A DNA stretch of 64,000 nucleotides from Candidatus Omnitrophota bacterium (GCA_041653035.1 JBAZGE010000001.1:19540-83539), one strand, 5' to 3'; counted from the first letter of the stretch, positions 26,663 through 36,421 are shown. Program-made: numbers and translations. Notes: generated from the letters alone by a model not told the origin.

Positions 26663-27270
26663 TTAGGTTTATTTTTCAAGCAGAAATCTTTTCCCAACCG
26701 CACTAACAGAGCGTGATATTCGTTAAACAGCCGCGCATCCGGATCGAGATTCCGCATAAACAGGTTTTGCACTGCCGCATAATCATCGTTTATCCCGGCC
26801 ATCCCGTGCCGGGATAATATCCGTTTGGTATAGGCATCCACGACAAATACCGGCCGGCCCAGCGCGTATAACAATATGGAATCCGCGGTTTCCGGGCCTA
26901 TGCCGTTTACGGAAAGCAGCTGTTCCCGCAGCCGGGGCGTTTCCACGGAAAGCGTCTCGCGTATATTTCCCCGGTATTCTTTCACAAAAAAATCAATAAA
27001 GTTCTTGAGGCGCCCGGATTTGATATTGTAATAGCCGGCCGGCCTGATCAAAGAAGCCAGCCTCGCCTGAGATAAACCGTGCAATCCGGAAAGGGTCAGC
27101 ACCGTGTGCCTTTTTAAATTCCCGACGGCCTTTTCCACATTGCCCCAATTGGTATTTTGCGTCAGGATCGCGCCCACCATAACCTCAAGAGGCGTATCCG
27201 CCGGCCACCAGTGCTGAGGGCCGAAACGCGCAAAGAGCTTCCTGTATATCGAAATCAATTGCGGCTTCAT
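26638..27270 (-). CDS. Endonuclease III-like HhH-GPD DNA glycosylase family protein
   Basis: 210 aa. HhH-GPD signature (LLSVNGIGPETADSILLYAL) and C-terminal Cys cluster CxxxxxxCxxC. Confidence 0.7.
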   Translation of the reverse strand: MKPQLISIYRKLFARFGPQHWWPADTPLEVMVGAILTQNTNWGNVEKAVGNLKRHTVLTLSGLHGLSQARLASLIRPAGYYNIKSGRLKNFIDFFVKEYRGNIRETLSVETPRLREQLLSVNGIGPETADSILLYALGRPVFVVDAYTKRILSRHGMAGINDDYAAVQNLFMRNLDPDARLFNEYHALLVRLGKDFCLKNKPKCETCPLR

Positions 27271-27284
27271 ATGCTCCGGACCGC

Positions 27285-29234
27285 TTATTTTAATTCCAGC
27301 GGATTATATCCGTAATACGCGAAAATCGTATACGCGGTGCCGGACACACAGCCGGTAGACTCCCCTTTCGGAGACCTCCATCCGTGGCCGGTATCAACAA
27401 AATCCGCGCTGGCATACGGCAGGCAACCTTCGCCTTGCCCGGAAGGAGAAGGACTGCAGATGATCATATTGCACAGATGTCCCAGATATTCCTCCGCTTG
27501 AATCCGATATTTCCCGGATTTCTCTAAATCCCCCGTCTGCCGGTAATACTCCGCCATTATCTTAAAAGAAGTTATCATCTGTGCCGTCCATTCCGTGGAA
27601 ATTACGCCGCCCCGCGCCAGGTGGCGCTGCGGAGCGAAATCAAACCCCTTTACGGCAACCGTTTTCCCGTCCGGCCGCGGATAAGAAACACTCACGCCGC
27701 ACTGCTCCGCGGCAAATTCCATGATCTTATCCGGATCCATGCCCGCTTCTTTAAGTTTCGCCGGACCGATGGCCGCGATAGACCAGGCATAGGTATCGGT
27801 AGCAATGGTGGAATCGCCTTTCCCGCGCGTGATCGGAACATCCAGCTTATCGTAACTATACAGCAGGAGCCACTTGAACGCCTTATCCCGCGCCGCGGCA
27901 TACCGGGGATTACCGGTCAAAACGAAAAGCATATTAAAAAACGCGTACGCATCCAGATTGTGTTCGGTACTGTACCATGAAAACGACGGGCCTCCGCGGA
28001 TCCCCCCGTCAGTATCCTGTGACTGCAGGGACATGACGGCACGCGCGAGTCCCTCTGCCAAAGGGATGTACCGGGGATCCTTGGTTTTGTGCGCGTATTG
28101 CACCGCGGCTATCCCCACCCACACATTGGGGCCGGAATGCACCAGATATTCAGCGGGATTCCCGTCATTGACATAATACGCGTTAAAAAAAAGGCCGTTT
28201 TCCCGCTTTGCCTTATCGGCGAAAAACTCCAGGATCCTGCGCGCGCGTTCCGTATCGCCCGCATACATATAAACCTGTGCCGCCAAAGCCTGATCATAGA
28301 TGAAGGCCTGGCCGGACATATCCGTATCCCCTTCGAAACTCATGACCAGCCCGGTGTGCGGATTCTGATGCACCGCGAGCCACTGGTACATCTTATGAAA
28401 ATTAGCCTCGGTCAATGCGGACTTTTCCCGGTCCAGACGCTCCAGTTCCCGGGCAACCGCCGTTTTCTGTTGCCCGGCGGAAAAAACCCGCTCTTGCAGC
28501 AATTCTTTCTCCCGGGACAACGCTGAGATCCGGGAATTATATTCTTCTATTCTTTTCCCGCTTTCGGATCTTTCCTGGCCCATAGCCGTCTCAAGCATCA
28601 TTTTTTCCTGTTCCAAAGACTTCATGCGCGACTCCAGATCCCCGATTTTAAGCTGTGCCCCTTCGGTCTCCCGGCTTATCACCTTTAACCGTTCCCGGGC
28701 GACATTCGATTCCTGGATAACTTTTATCAATTGCCCGACCAGCAGTCTATTCCCTTTTACCAGCCTGAAATTGAAATACCCGTTAATACCGAGCACCGCG
28801 CCCAGAACGATAACCACCGTCATTACCGCGGGCAGGAACATCTGTTTTGCCCGGGCGAAACGCAGGATACGATCTTTCCCTTCCTCATCAATAGACACGT
28901 ACCTCAGTCCGGCCAAACATCGTTCCTTGTCTTCCGCGATATCCTGGAACCAAACCACGCGCGCCCGGGCGCTTACCGCCGATCCGGCAATGAACGGGAT
29001 CTCAATTTCCAACGCAAGCATCACTTCTGCGTTTTTGATCTGCCGCGCCAAAAGCGGATCGGGTTTATTTATCCGAAGGCATATTCCGCCCTTCCCCACG
29101 TTATTGGTGAACCCCTGTTGCCAATCCGATAGAAATTCTTTTCCATCCAGGCTCACCAGCCGGAACTGCACGGGCAAAATCGTATCCATACGGATATAAC
29201 TACGCTGTTCCTGTATTTTGGGGTCCATACTCAT
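27285..29234 (-). CDS. PilZ-domain protein with TM segment, coiled coil and C-terminal (alpha/alpha)6-barrel-like (glycosidase/epimerase-like) domain
   Basis: N-terminal RSYIR (RxxxR) and NNVGKGG (D/NxSxxG-like) PilZ motifs. TM helix AVMTVVIVLGAVLGI. Heptad-rich 190-300. C-terminal YDQALAAQVY... pattern. Confidence 0.55.
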   Translation of the reverse strand: MSMDPKIQEQRSYIRMDTILPVQFRLVSLDGKEFLSDWQQGFTNNVGKGGICLRINKPDPLLARQIKNAEVMLALEIEIPFIAGSAVSARARVVWFQDIAEDKERCLAGLRYVSIDEEGKDRILRFARAKQMFLPAVMTVVIVLGAVLGINGYFNFRLVKGNRLLVGQLIKVIQESNVARERLKVISRETEGAQLKIGDLESRMKSLEQEKMMLETAMGQERSESGKRIEEYNSRISALSREKELLQERVFSAGQQKTAVARELERLDREKSALTEANFHKMYQWLAVHQNPHTGLVMSFEGDTDMSGQAFIYDQALAAQVYMYAGDTERARRILEFFADKAKRENGLFFNAYYVNDGNPAEYLVHSGPNVWVGIAAVQYAHKTKDPRYIPLAEGLARAVMSLQSQDTDGGIRGGPSFSWYSTEHNLDAYAFFNMLFVLTGNPRYAAARDKAFKWLLLYSYDKLDVPITRGKGDSTIATDTYAWSIAAIGPAKLKEAGMDPDKIMEFAAEQCGVSVSYPRPDGKTVAVKGFDFAPQRHLARGGVISTEWTAQMITSFKIMAEYYRQTGDLEKSGKYRIQAEEYLGHLCNMIICSPSPSGQGEGCLPYASADFVDTGHGWRSPKGESTGCVSGTAYTIFAYYGYNPLELK

Positions 29235-29296
29235 ATCGCCTTCCCTAATGCAGAAGGGGCGAACAGCCGTTCGCCCCTCCGAAGATCTTCAAACGC

Positions 29297-31675
29297 TTAC
29301 GGTTTCGTTTCCAGGACAATCCTCTGTTTTATTTTTTTCGCCAGATGTTCCAAAAAGGCCTTAAAATCGGCGTATTCCCCCTGACTGATAACTTTTCTCT
29401 TGGAATCCACTTTCTGGCGAAACTTAATTTTATTACCTTCCCGTTTATACTCAACCAATACCTTCAGCCACGGAGAATCTTCCTCTATGCCTTGCGGAAT
29501 ATATTTCGCGGAAAACCCTTCGGGGATTTCTATGACAAACGTGGTATCCTGCGTATTCAAAGCATTGAAATATATCGGATAGGTTCTCGCGTCCTTTGCC
29601 GCCAGCGACGTATCCATACTGGCCAGCTGGGGCATAATGCGCAGATTACCCGCGGCGGTAAAATACTCGGGGCCGCGAAAAGCATAGCGCAGCTCAACCG
29701 GCGTTCCCAGCGCTTCCATATTCTTGACCGTGTAATTTACCAACTGCGCGCCGATCGAGATATCCTGGATCCGCTCCTCGATCGCTTCCCGAACCAGCTG
29801 CGGCGGAGTATATAACAACCAGTAGCGCTCCGATTGGTCATAAAACCCATGGGTAACGATCGCCTTTTCCACGCCGATCCCTTCGTCGGCCCCCACGCGT
29901 ATACGTACGTCGTTCTGCAAACGGTTATGTTCCGGAGGATAAAACGGTGTGCGCATAATCGTATACCCGTCCTCCTTGACCAGGAATATGTTTCTGTCCT
30001 GATCGCCGGGAGGAAGATCCCCGAAGGAACACGTCTCTGCCGTAGGATCGAGAAAAACAACCGAATCCTTGGCCTGTACCGCCGCGATACAATGGTTAAA
30101 AAGTACCGCCGGAAAATCATTGTTCAGATTAAAATAATCTGTGGTGGCGATAAGCAGCGGCCAGGCGGAAAAACCCGCTTCTTTCAGCAGGGTAACCAGA
30201 AGGATCGCCTGGTCTTTACAATCGCCGTATTTATTCCTGAAGATGTCCTCCGCTTTATGCGGCTCATACCCGGCATCCCCGTATTCCACCGCCACATAAC
30301 GGATATTCTGCGCACAAAAGTTGTAGAGAACAGCCATCTTCGCCGCATCCTCTTTAATCCCGTGTGTTAATTCCGATACTTTTTGCCTGATCGCGTCATC
30401 CGCCTTTATCTTATCTTTTGCCAGCGGCCACCACCACTCATATATCTCCTGCCAACTCTGGAACGAAGACACCAGGATAGTGGGGTTAATCTCCACATAC
30501 GGAGGCATGTTGGATTCCGGCAGGATCTGCGGCACATCCTTGAAATCCCACCGGTAAATACGAGCCTCTCCTTTTTCTTCAATAACCGGCTCAAGCCGGG
30601 CATTGAAACTATTATAAGGCTCATTCAGTATCTTCAGATTCACCTTTTTATCCTTCGGAACACTCAGGCTAAAGGTTGCGTTGATCACGGGTTCGGACGA
30701 TTGAACCGGATACCCGGTTATAAAATCCTTCTTGTTTATAAGCTGATTGCGGTGTATCTTCAGTTTATATTCTATGCTTGCTCCCTCGGTAATTTCCGGG
30801 AAGGAGATAATGAACACGCGGGCATTGCTGTAAAGTGGAAAATTAAGATATTTGGATACGTCGCGGATATGCCGGCTGCCTACTTCAACCACGCTGCCGT
30901 CAGGTTTTATGGTGCGGGCGTACTCTAAATCCACCTTTTCGTCGGTTGAATCGTAATCGACGTGGATCTCGGAAAATTTCTCTTTACCCCGCTCGTTCAG
31001 GATCTTGACCAGATAGTGCAGGGCGGTCACTTCCGTATTAGAAGGGGTCACTTCCGTTTTTTCATCGGCATACAAAATAAAAGCGCCTGCCTGCGGATAC
31101 GCTTCCGCTTTCGGCGCACCGGCAAGCATCTCAGAGATACGCGGATCCACGTCTTTTATGTTCGAGCGGCTGTTCTTTTTTTCGATAACCCCGATCCTCT
31201 CCTGCGCCGCCGCCCGAAAATCAGGCGATTGTACCTTCTGGTACGCCTCCAATGCTTTGTCAAAAAGATTCAGCCGTTCACTGGTCAATCCGTAATAAAA
31301 CAAGTATTCGTCATCAAGGGACGGCTCTTTCCTGAAAATCTCAAGGGCATCGGCATAATTGCCGATTTTAAATTGCGCGATCGCCGACAGTTTTTTAGCC
31401 TGTGGAGCAGGAACATGCTTAAACTCCTCTATAGCCTCTTGGAACCTGCCGTTGGTGTAATATAGAAAACCCAGCTCAAAACGCAGGGTCCGGTCATCCT
31501 TATTCCGGGCGATCAAATCCCGGTATTTCCCGACCGCTTCTTCATACATAACGCCGGACTGTTTCGAATAACCGCGCGCGCGGCTCAGCTCCATATTTTC
31601 CGACGAGCAGGATGTCATAATGAGGCATAATGCGGCCCAGCTTATTATCGATCTCCCCCGGTAATTCTTATTCAT
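29297..31675 (-). CDS. Lipoprotein with N-terminal TPR repeats, DUF3857-like region and transglutaminase-like cysteine-protease core
   Basis: 792 aa. Lipobox (LIMTSCSS). TPR helices. YGDCKDQAILLVTLLKEAGF matches the transglutaminase-like Cys core. Confidence 0.65.
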   Translation of the reverse strand: MNKNYRGRSIISWAALCLIMTSCSSENMELSRARGYSKQSGVMYEEAVGKYRDLIARNKDDRTLRFELGFLYYTNGRFQEAIEEFKHVPAPQAKKLSAIAQFKIGNYADALEIFRKEPSLDDEYLFYYGLTSERLNLFDKALEAYQKVQSPDFRAAAQERIGVIEKKNSRSNIKDVDPRISEMLAGAPKAEAYPQAGAFILYADEKTEVTPSNTEVTALHYLVKILNERGKEKFSEIHVDYDSTDEKVDLEYARTIKPDGSVVEVGSRHIRDVSKYLNFPLYSNARVFIISFPEITEGASIEYKLKIHRNQLINKKDFITGYPVQSSEPVINATFSLSVPKDKKVNLKILNEPYNSFNARLEPVIEEKGEARIYRWDFKDVPQILPESNMPPYVEINPTILVSSFQSWQEIYEWWWPLAKDKIKADDAIRQKVSELTHGIKEDAAKMAVLYNFCAQNIRYVAVEYGDAGYEPHKAEDIFRNKYGDCKDQAILLVTLLKEAGFSAWPLLIATTDYFNLNNDFPAVLFNHCIAAVQAKDSVVFLDPTAETCSFGDLPPGDQDRNIFLVKEDGYTIMRTPFYPPEHNRLQNDVRIRVGADEGIGVEKAIVTHGFYDQSERYWLLYTPPQLVREAIEERIQDISIGAQLVNYTVKNMEALGTPVELRYAFRGPEYFTAAGNLRIMPQLASMDTSLAAKDARTYPIYFNALNTQDTTFVIEIPEGFSAKYIPQGIEEDSPWLKVLVEYKREGNKIKFRQKVDSKRKVISQGEYADFKAFLEHLAKKIKQRIVLETKP

Positions 31676-31687
31676 ACCGATCCTCCG

Positions 31688-32512
31688 TTAGGTAATCTCC
31701 AGGTTCACTATATTATCTATCCTAAACGTCCGCGCCTCATTCCGCACAGTGCAGAGACCGAGAAGATACGCATGTCTCCCGTCTTTTTTTATCTGGCGGG
31801 GAAGGACGCTCCGTTCCGAGACCCGGGCATCCCGGTTGGACAAGTATTTTATTTTCACTCGCACGCCCAGGCTTATCGCTTCCTGCAATTCCGCTATTCG
31901 CTGCGTATGGATATCCCGCAGATAATCCGAATCAAGGCCAAAAAGATGTACCATATTCTCAAACCCGCATATCCCTTTTTTTTTCAATTCCGCCGTCAGA
32001 GAATCAAAAACCTCCACCGTCAGGGCCGCATCGGAAAGGGCGCGGTGTTCCTGCCGCTCTTCCATCCCCAGGGTCTCCGCCACAAACCAAAGAGCATGGC
32101 GCTCAAGAGCAGGCAAAAGCTTTTTTGCCATTTTTAATATGTCGATCACAACCAAGCCGTGTAAGGGAAAATCCGTCTCCGCTAATCTAACCTCATTATA
32201 CAAAAAAGCCATGTCGAAGCCGGCGTTGTAAGAACACAGGCACGAATCGCCGACAAACTTTAAAAATTCCGGCAAGACCGCTTCCATGCGCGGCGCCTGC
32301 GCCACCATATCCGGACTGATACGATTAACCCGGAAAGCGGCTTCGGATATCGGACGCTGGGGATTAATCAATGACTGGAATTGAGCGACCTTCCGGTTGT
32401 TAACCAGTTTAACCGCCGCTATTTCCACGACACGATCGCCGAATTCCGGATTCAAACCGGTAGTTTCCGTATCAAATATGGTAAATACTATATCGTCTAT
32501 GTTTTTAGCCAT
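31688..32512 (-). CDS. DEDDh 3'-5' exonuclease (DnaQ/RNase T-like) with C-terminal WYL-like domain
   Basis: Exo I FDTETTG, Exo II YNAGFDMAFL, Exo III HRALSDAAL. C-terminal RSVLPRQIKKDGRHAYLLGLCTVRNEARTFRIDNI fits the WYL-domain consensus. Confidence 0.7.
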   Translation of the reverse strand: MAKNIDDIVFTIFDTETTGLNPEFGDRVVEIAAVKLVNNRKVAQFQSLINPQRPISEAAFRVNRISPDMVAQAPRMEAVLPEFLKFVGDSCLCSYNAGFDMAFLYNEVRLAETDFPLHGLVVIDILKMAKKLLPALERHALWFVAETLGMEERQEHRALSDAALTVEVFDSLTAELKKKGICGFENMVHLFGLDSDYLRDIHTQRIAELQEAISLGVRVKIKYLSNRDARVSERSVLPRQIKKDGRHAYLLGLCTVRNEARTFRIDNIVNLEIT

Positions 32513-33428
32513 GCCTTAAGCCGCCTCTGTTTTTTCGCTGCACCAGATAAGCCGGAACCGCATATGCAGGATAATAGGAACGCTTAACTTTCTTGAGGTT
32601 CTCCAACCCTGAATCATCCATGATATTGATATAGGCATACTCTTTAAACTCGGCGCAGAAATTCCTGAAAATAAACTGGCTCAAGCCTTTGACGGCGCGG
32701 TCGGCAATCTCATACAAAACACAGAACGTGTCTTCGCACACCGGGAAACCAAAGGTAAACGCCTTTATCCGGCCGTCAATCTTCACTACTCTGCCCGTAC
32801 AATGCAAGCGATCGTAATCACCCAGCAGAATTTTCAGGGAGTTCAAACCATCACGCATCATCCCGGTGTACACCGGGTCTTTATTCCCGATACCGCGCTC
32901 GTGCATCCATCGGTTATACAACGCGATACACGCCTCCCCGGATTCCGGAAAGAACGATGCGTATTCACCATGGTAATGTTTCACGAAATAATTGACCCCG
33001 GACCGCTTGGATTTAAATCGATCCCCCCGCAACCCCGCCATATCCGTCTGTTTACAAAGGTAGTCGCAGGATTTCAAAACCGAATCGTATCCCCACGCTT
33101 TATACCGCGCGATATCCCCTTCTTCCACGTTTTCTATGCGGGATAAAGACGCGTCCCGGTTATGTTCCGCCATCACCGCAAAAGCTTTCTCTATCACCAG
33201 AGGGCTTTTCTCTATGCCCAACGGGGGAAGGTACATGAAACAACTTATCCCGTCTTTAAAAAAAACGCACAATTCCCCGTCAATGATCATCCAGAATATC
33301 TCGAACAAACCCTTCCATATATATATATTCGGGAAGGCATAGACGGAAAGCCGGTGTTTTTCCAAACCCAGGAAGCGATCAAAAACACGTCTGTCTTGCA
33401 TGTGGAGAATACGGGATTTGCCGGTCAC
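32505..33428 (-). CDS. DUF2156-like protein (homolog of the MprF C-terminal aminoacyl-tRNA-dependent transferase domain)
   Basis: 307 aa. C-terminal GLENLKKVKRSYYPAYAVPAY resembles the GLxxFKxKFxP...Y ending of DUF2156/LPG-synthase C-domain proteins. 8-nt overlap with the exonuclease gene, 4-nt overlap with ykgJ. Recall-based. Confidence 0.5.
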   Translation of the reverse strand: MTGKSRILHMQDRRVFDRFLGLEKHRLSVYAFPNIYIWKGLFEIFWMIIDGELCVFFKDGISCFMYLPPLGIEKSPLVIEKAFAVMAEHNRDASLSRIENVEEGDIARYKAWGYDSVLKSCDYLCKQTDMAGLRGDRFKSKRSGVNYFVKHYHGEYASFFPESGEACIALYNRWMHERGIGNKDPVYTGMMRDGLNSLKILLGDYDRLHCTGRVVKIDGRIKAFTFGFPVCEDTFCVLYEIADRAVKGLSQFIFRNFCAEFKEYAYINIMDDSGLENLKKVKRSYYPAYAVPAYLVQRKNRGGLRHG

Positions 33429-33937
33429 CGGAACAGCTCCCTCAGATCCAGCACATCTTTATATGTCTGTATAATATGTGGATTTCGTTTCAACAGGCCG
33501 CACTGCGGTTCTTTGTTCAAGAGATCTTCGAGATAGGCGATATAATTCTCCCATCCCCCGCCTGCCCCCTTACCGGAAACACGCACCATCTCTTCGGCAA
33601 AAGGACAGTTCGCGTCAACCGCAAGAAAAATTCTTCCATCCCTGCGGTTAATAACAAACGGGTAAAGCAGGCATTCAAACGGCCGGACCGCGTAGAGAAC
33701 GCAGGTATTATCTTCGATGCGCAAAAATGGGCAGAAAAACCCCTCCCCCCCCGGATCCCGGATAAGCCGTATACGTTTATCGGCTGTAACACAGGAATCG
33801 GACTGCGCGTATCCCCGAATATTCAGGATATCTTCATCGGTCAATCCGGGAGACCAGGCGGAATCCGGCCGAAGGAACCGGCAGCATCCCCGGCATTGAA
33901 GGCAGTAGTCACTTGTAATAAATTGTTTTAAGGACAT
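33425..33937 (-). CDS. YkgJ/UPF0153-family Cys-rich (Fe-S or Zn) protein
   Basis: 170 aa. CLQCRGCC (CxxCxxCC) N-terminal motif, FFCPFL, CVLYAVRPFECLLYPF. Confidence 0.65.
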   Translation of the reverse strand: MSLKQFITSDYCLQCRGCCRFLRPDSAWSPGLTDEDILNIRGYAQSDSCVTADKRIRLIRDPGGEGFFCPFLRIEDNTCVLYAVRPFECLLYPFVINRRDGRIFLAVDANCPFAEEMVRVSGKGAGGGWENYIAYLEDLLNKEPQCGLLKRNPHIIQTYKDVLDLRELFR

Positions 33938-33972
33938 AACCGAGACGCCTGTAAGGACAGCACCTGCGCAAG

Positions 33973-34293
33973 CTATTTTACGATACTTCCGGTCTTTATT
34001 TCCCTGTCCGGGCTGAGTATGGAGATACCGGTTTCATCCGAAGCCGCCAGAAGCATACCCTGGCTTTCCACTCCGCGCAAAACCGCGGGCTCCAGATTAT
34101 CGATCACCACGATCAAACGGCCGGGCAAGTCTTCCTTCTTATAAGAACCGCGGATACCGGCGACAATCTGTTTGGTCTTATCTGCGATCTCAATGGTCAG
34201 GACGTATAACCTGTCGGCATTCGGATGATCCTGCGCTTCTTTAATTCTGGCAATTTTCAACTCTAATTTTTTAAACTCCTCTAAAGTAACCAT
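33973..34293 (-). CDS. tRNA-binding domain protein (CsaA/Trbp111-like, MetRS C-terminal-like)
   Basis: 106 aa. KIARIKEAQDHPNADRLYVLTIEIADKTKQIVAGI...VVIDNLEPAVLRGVESQGMLLA matches the CsaA/EMAP tRNA-binding fold. Confidence 0.7.
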   Translation of the reverse strand: MVTLEEFKKLELKIARIKEAQDHPNADRLYVLTIEIADKTKQIVAGIRGSYKKEDLPGRLIVVIDNLEPAVLRGVESQGMLLAASDETGISILSPDREIKTGSIVK

Positions 34294-34337
34294 CCGGTTC
34301 TCCTTCTTACGGTATTTGCTGAGGGGATATTCAAACT

Positions 34338-34964
34338 TTAAGCGGTCTGTTTCGCATCTTCCGGCGGCTCCGGGGGATTAAGCAAGCCGCCCGAAACTAT
34401 CAGGCGTATTGCGTCTTTCATGCTTATATTCAGGCGAATTACATCCTTCCGGGGGATAAACACAAAAAAGCCCGTGGCCGGGTTGGGAACCGCCGGCACG
34501 TAAACATTCAACAGATCGTGTCCGGTTTTCTCTTTTATTTCTTTAAAATTCTCGCCGACCACAAACCCTATCGACCATATCCCCTGGCGGGGATATTCAA
34601 AAATAACGATTATCCGCTGGCTTACCTTATCGGAAGGGAACAACATCTCGAAGATTTGTTTTACGGAAGGATATATATGGCGGATAAGAGGGAATCTGCC
34701 TCCTATCCTGTCCGCTAAACGCTGAATCCCCCTGCCGAAGAGGTGAGTACTGACAAAGCCCACCCCGATAATTCCGAAAAAAAACAGGATAAAACCCAGA
34801 CCGGGGATATATATCCCGAAGCTGCGCATGAAATAGATATTGATCAACCGCCCCAGTATGCCGTCGATAAAACGGAAAATAACAAAGAGCACGTACCCGC
34901 TGATAAATAACGGCAAAGTCACGAAAAGCCCGGTCAGGAAATATTTCTTAAGCCGACGCCGCAT
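34338..34964 (-). CDS. DUF502-family membrane protein
   Basis: Two TM helices and the FIDGILGRLINI...IPGLGFI pattern. Start taken at MRRRLKKYF (the track ORF extends to 35072, overlapping the next gene). Confidence 0.6.
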   Translation of the reverse strand: MRRRLKKYFLTGLFVTLPLFISGYVLFVIFRFIDGILGRLINIYFMRSFGIYIPGLGFILFFFGIIGVGFVSTHLFGRGIQRLADRIGGRFPLIRHIYPSVKQIFEMLFPSDKVSQRIIVIFEYPRQGIWSIGFVVGENFKEIKEKTGHDLLNVYVPAVPNPATGFFVFIPRKDVIRLNISMKDAIRLIVSGGLLNPPEPPEDAKQTA

Positions 34965-34980
34965 AAAACGATCCTTCTTT

Positions 34981-35958
34981 TTACCGCGTATCTCTCTTTT
35001 TGCCCGCCTGAGCCTGGCGTATCTCAACGTTCTGCCGCTCGCCGGTCGTATAATTATATGCATCCAACGCAATGCGGGATATCATTCTTTTTGCCGGGCG
35101 GGAGATCTTGTCATTGTGTTTTATCAAAGCGCAGATAAGAAAATCACCCTGCGGAGTGAATACGATACCCGCATCGTGGCACACCCCCTGCTCCAGGCCG
35201 GTTTTATGAGCGATCTCGATACCCCGGGGAAGCCGGGCGGGGATGCGGTCATGCATTTTTTGCTGTTTGAGAATATCCAGACACCGGTCCGAAATCCGCC
35301 CGTTCAACAGTTTCTTCCGGTATATATTCTCCAGGAGCTGCGCCTGATCGGCGGCTGTGGTAAAATTCTCCACGCCCTTTTTCCTGCCCGAAAAATCCAT
35401 CATCTTCCTTTTAATATCCGTATTCTCCAATCCCAGGTACCGGAATGCGGGATTTAAATATTCAAACCCGAGGAGATCGATAAGAATGTTGGCTGCGGTA
35501 TTATCGCTCTCGGTAATCATGATCGCTACCAGATCTCCGACGGTAAATCGTTTCCCTGCCGGCATGTTCTTAAGCGAACCGGAACCGCCCGTCTTATACC
35601 TGTTTTGCAGGGTTACGACCCCGTTCATATCCACCTTACCGCTTTCCCCGGCAAGAAAAACCGCGGCCATCACGGGGATCTTGACCAAACTCGCCGAAGG
35701 GAACGGCATATCCTTATTGATCTCGATCGTCCACCCCGTGGAAAGGTCCTTAAGGACCAATCCCATGGAACCGTTATACCCGGAAACCGTCTTTCGTACG
35801 GACTGTCCCAGATCATCCCAAGCGGCTTTTTTCTTCCGCAGATTAGCCTGTTCCTCTTTTATCCTGGAGAAACGGGCATAGACCCCGAAAGAAAAATACG
35901 CGCAGCAGGCAAAAATGAAAACCGACAAAAGTGTAAAAAAGAATCTTTTTTTAATCAT
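34981..35958 (-). CDS. Class A beta-lactamase-like serine hydrolase
   Basis: SASLVK (SxxK), ESDNTA (SDN) and HKTG (KTG) motifs. N-terminal signal/anchor. Confidence 0.65.
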   Translation of the reverse strand: MIKKRFFFTLLSVFIFACCAYFSFGVYARFSRIKEEQANLRKKKAAWDDLGQSVRKTVSGYNGSMGLVLKDLSTGWTIEINKDMPFPSASLVKIPVMAAVFLAGESGKVDMNGVVTLQNRYKTGGSGSLKNMPAGKRFTVGDLVAIMITESDNTAANILIDLLGFEYLNPAFRYLGLENTDIKRKMMDFSGRKKGVENFTTAADQAQLLENIYRKKLLNGRISDRCLDILKQQKMHDRIPARLPRGIEIAHKTGLEQGVCHDAGIVFTPQGDFLICALIKHNDKISRPAKRMISRIALDAYNYTTGERQNVEIRQAQAGKKRDTR

Positions 35959-36257
35959 CCCGCGAGATAAGCCCAGTGGCGCAGGACACCGAGCAAAAAT
36001 GACTGTAAAAATATAATTAACAACACCGCGATAAAAGGCGAAAGATCCAGGCCGAATTTAAAACCAAACGGCAGCATCTTTCTGATCGGATTCAGGACCG
36101 GCTCGGTAATTCCCTGCAGGAACTGGACGACAGGATTAAACGGATCGGGATTTACCCAGCTGATCAGCGCCCTCACGATAATGAGCCAGTAATATACCGT
36201 GAGCACTATATCCAGAATACGGGTAATCGAAAGCAAAAAGGTAGACAGGACAAACAT
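35955..36257 (-). CDS. YggT-family membrane protein
   Basis: YYWLIIVRALISWVNPDPFNPVVQFL...PVLNPIRKMLP typical of YggT. Start taken at the internal MFVLSTF. Confidence 0.6.
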   Translation of the reverse strand: MFVLSTFLLSITRILDIVLTVYYWLIIVRALISWVNPDPFNPVVQFLQGITEPVLNPIRKMLPFGFKFGLDLSPFIAVLLIIFLQSFLLGVLRHWAYLAG

Positions 36258-36421
36258 TTTCTTTCCTCCGTAGATGAAGCCCGCGGCTTTACAACCGCAG
36301 TGCCTTTTAGTGCCCCCGAAGGGCGGGATCCTCCGAAGCAAAACTCAGTGTAGATTCATGCGAAGGAGGAGGGACTACTGTATCACAGAATACCGGAACA
36401 ATCAATCCGGGATGCGGGCAC

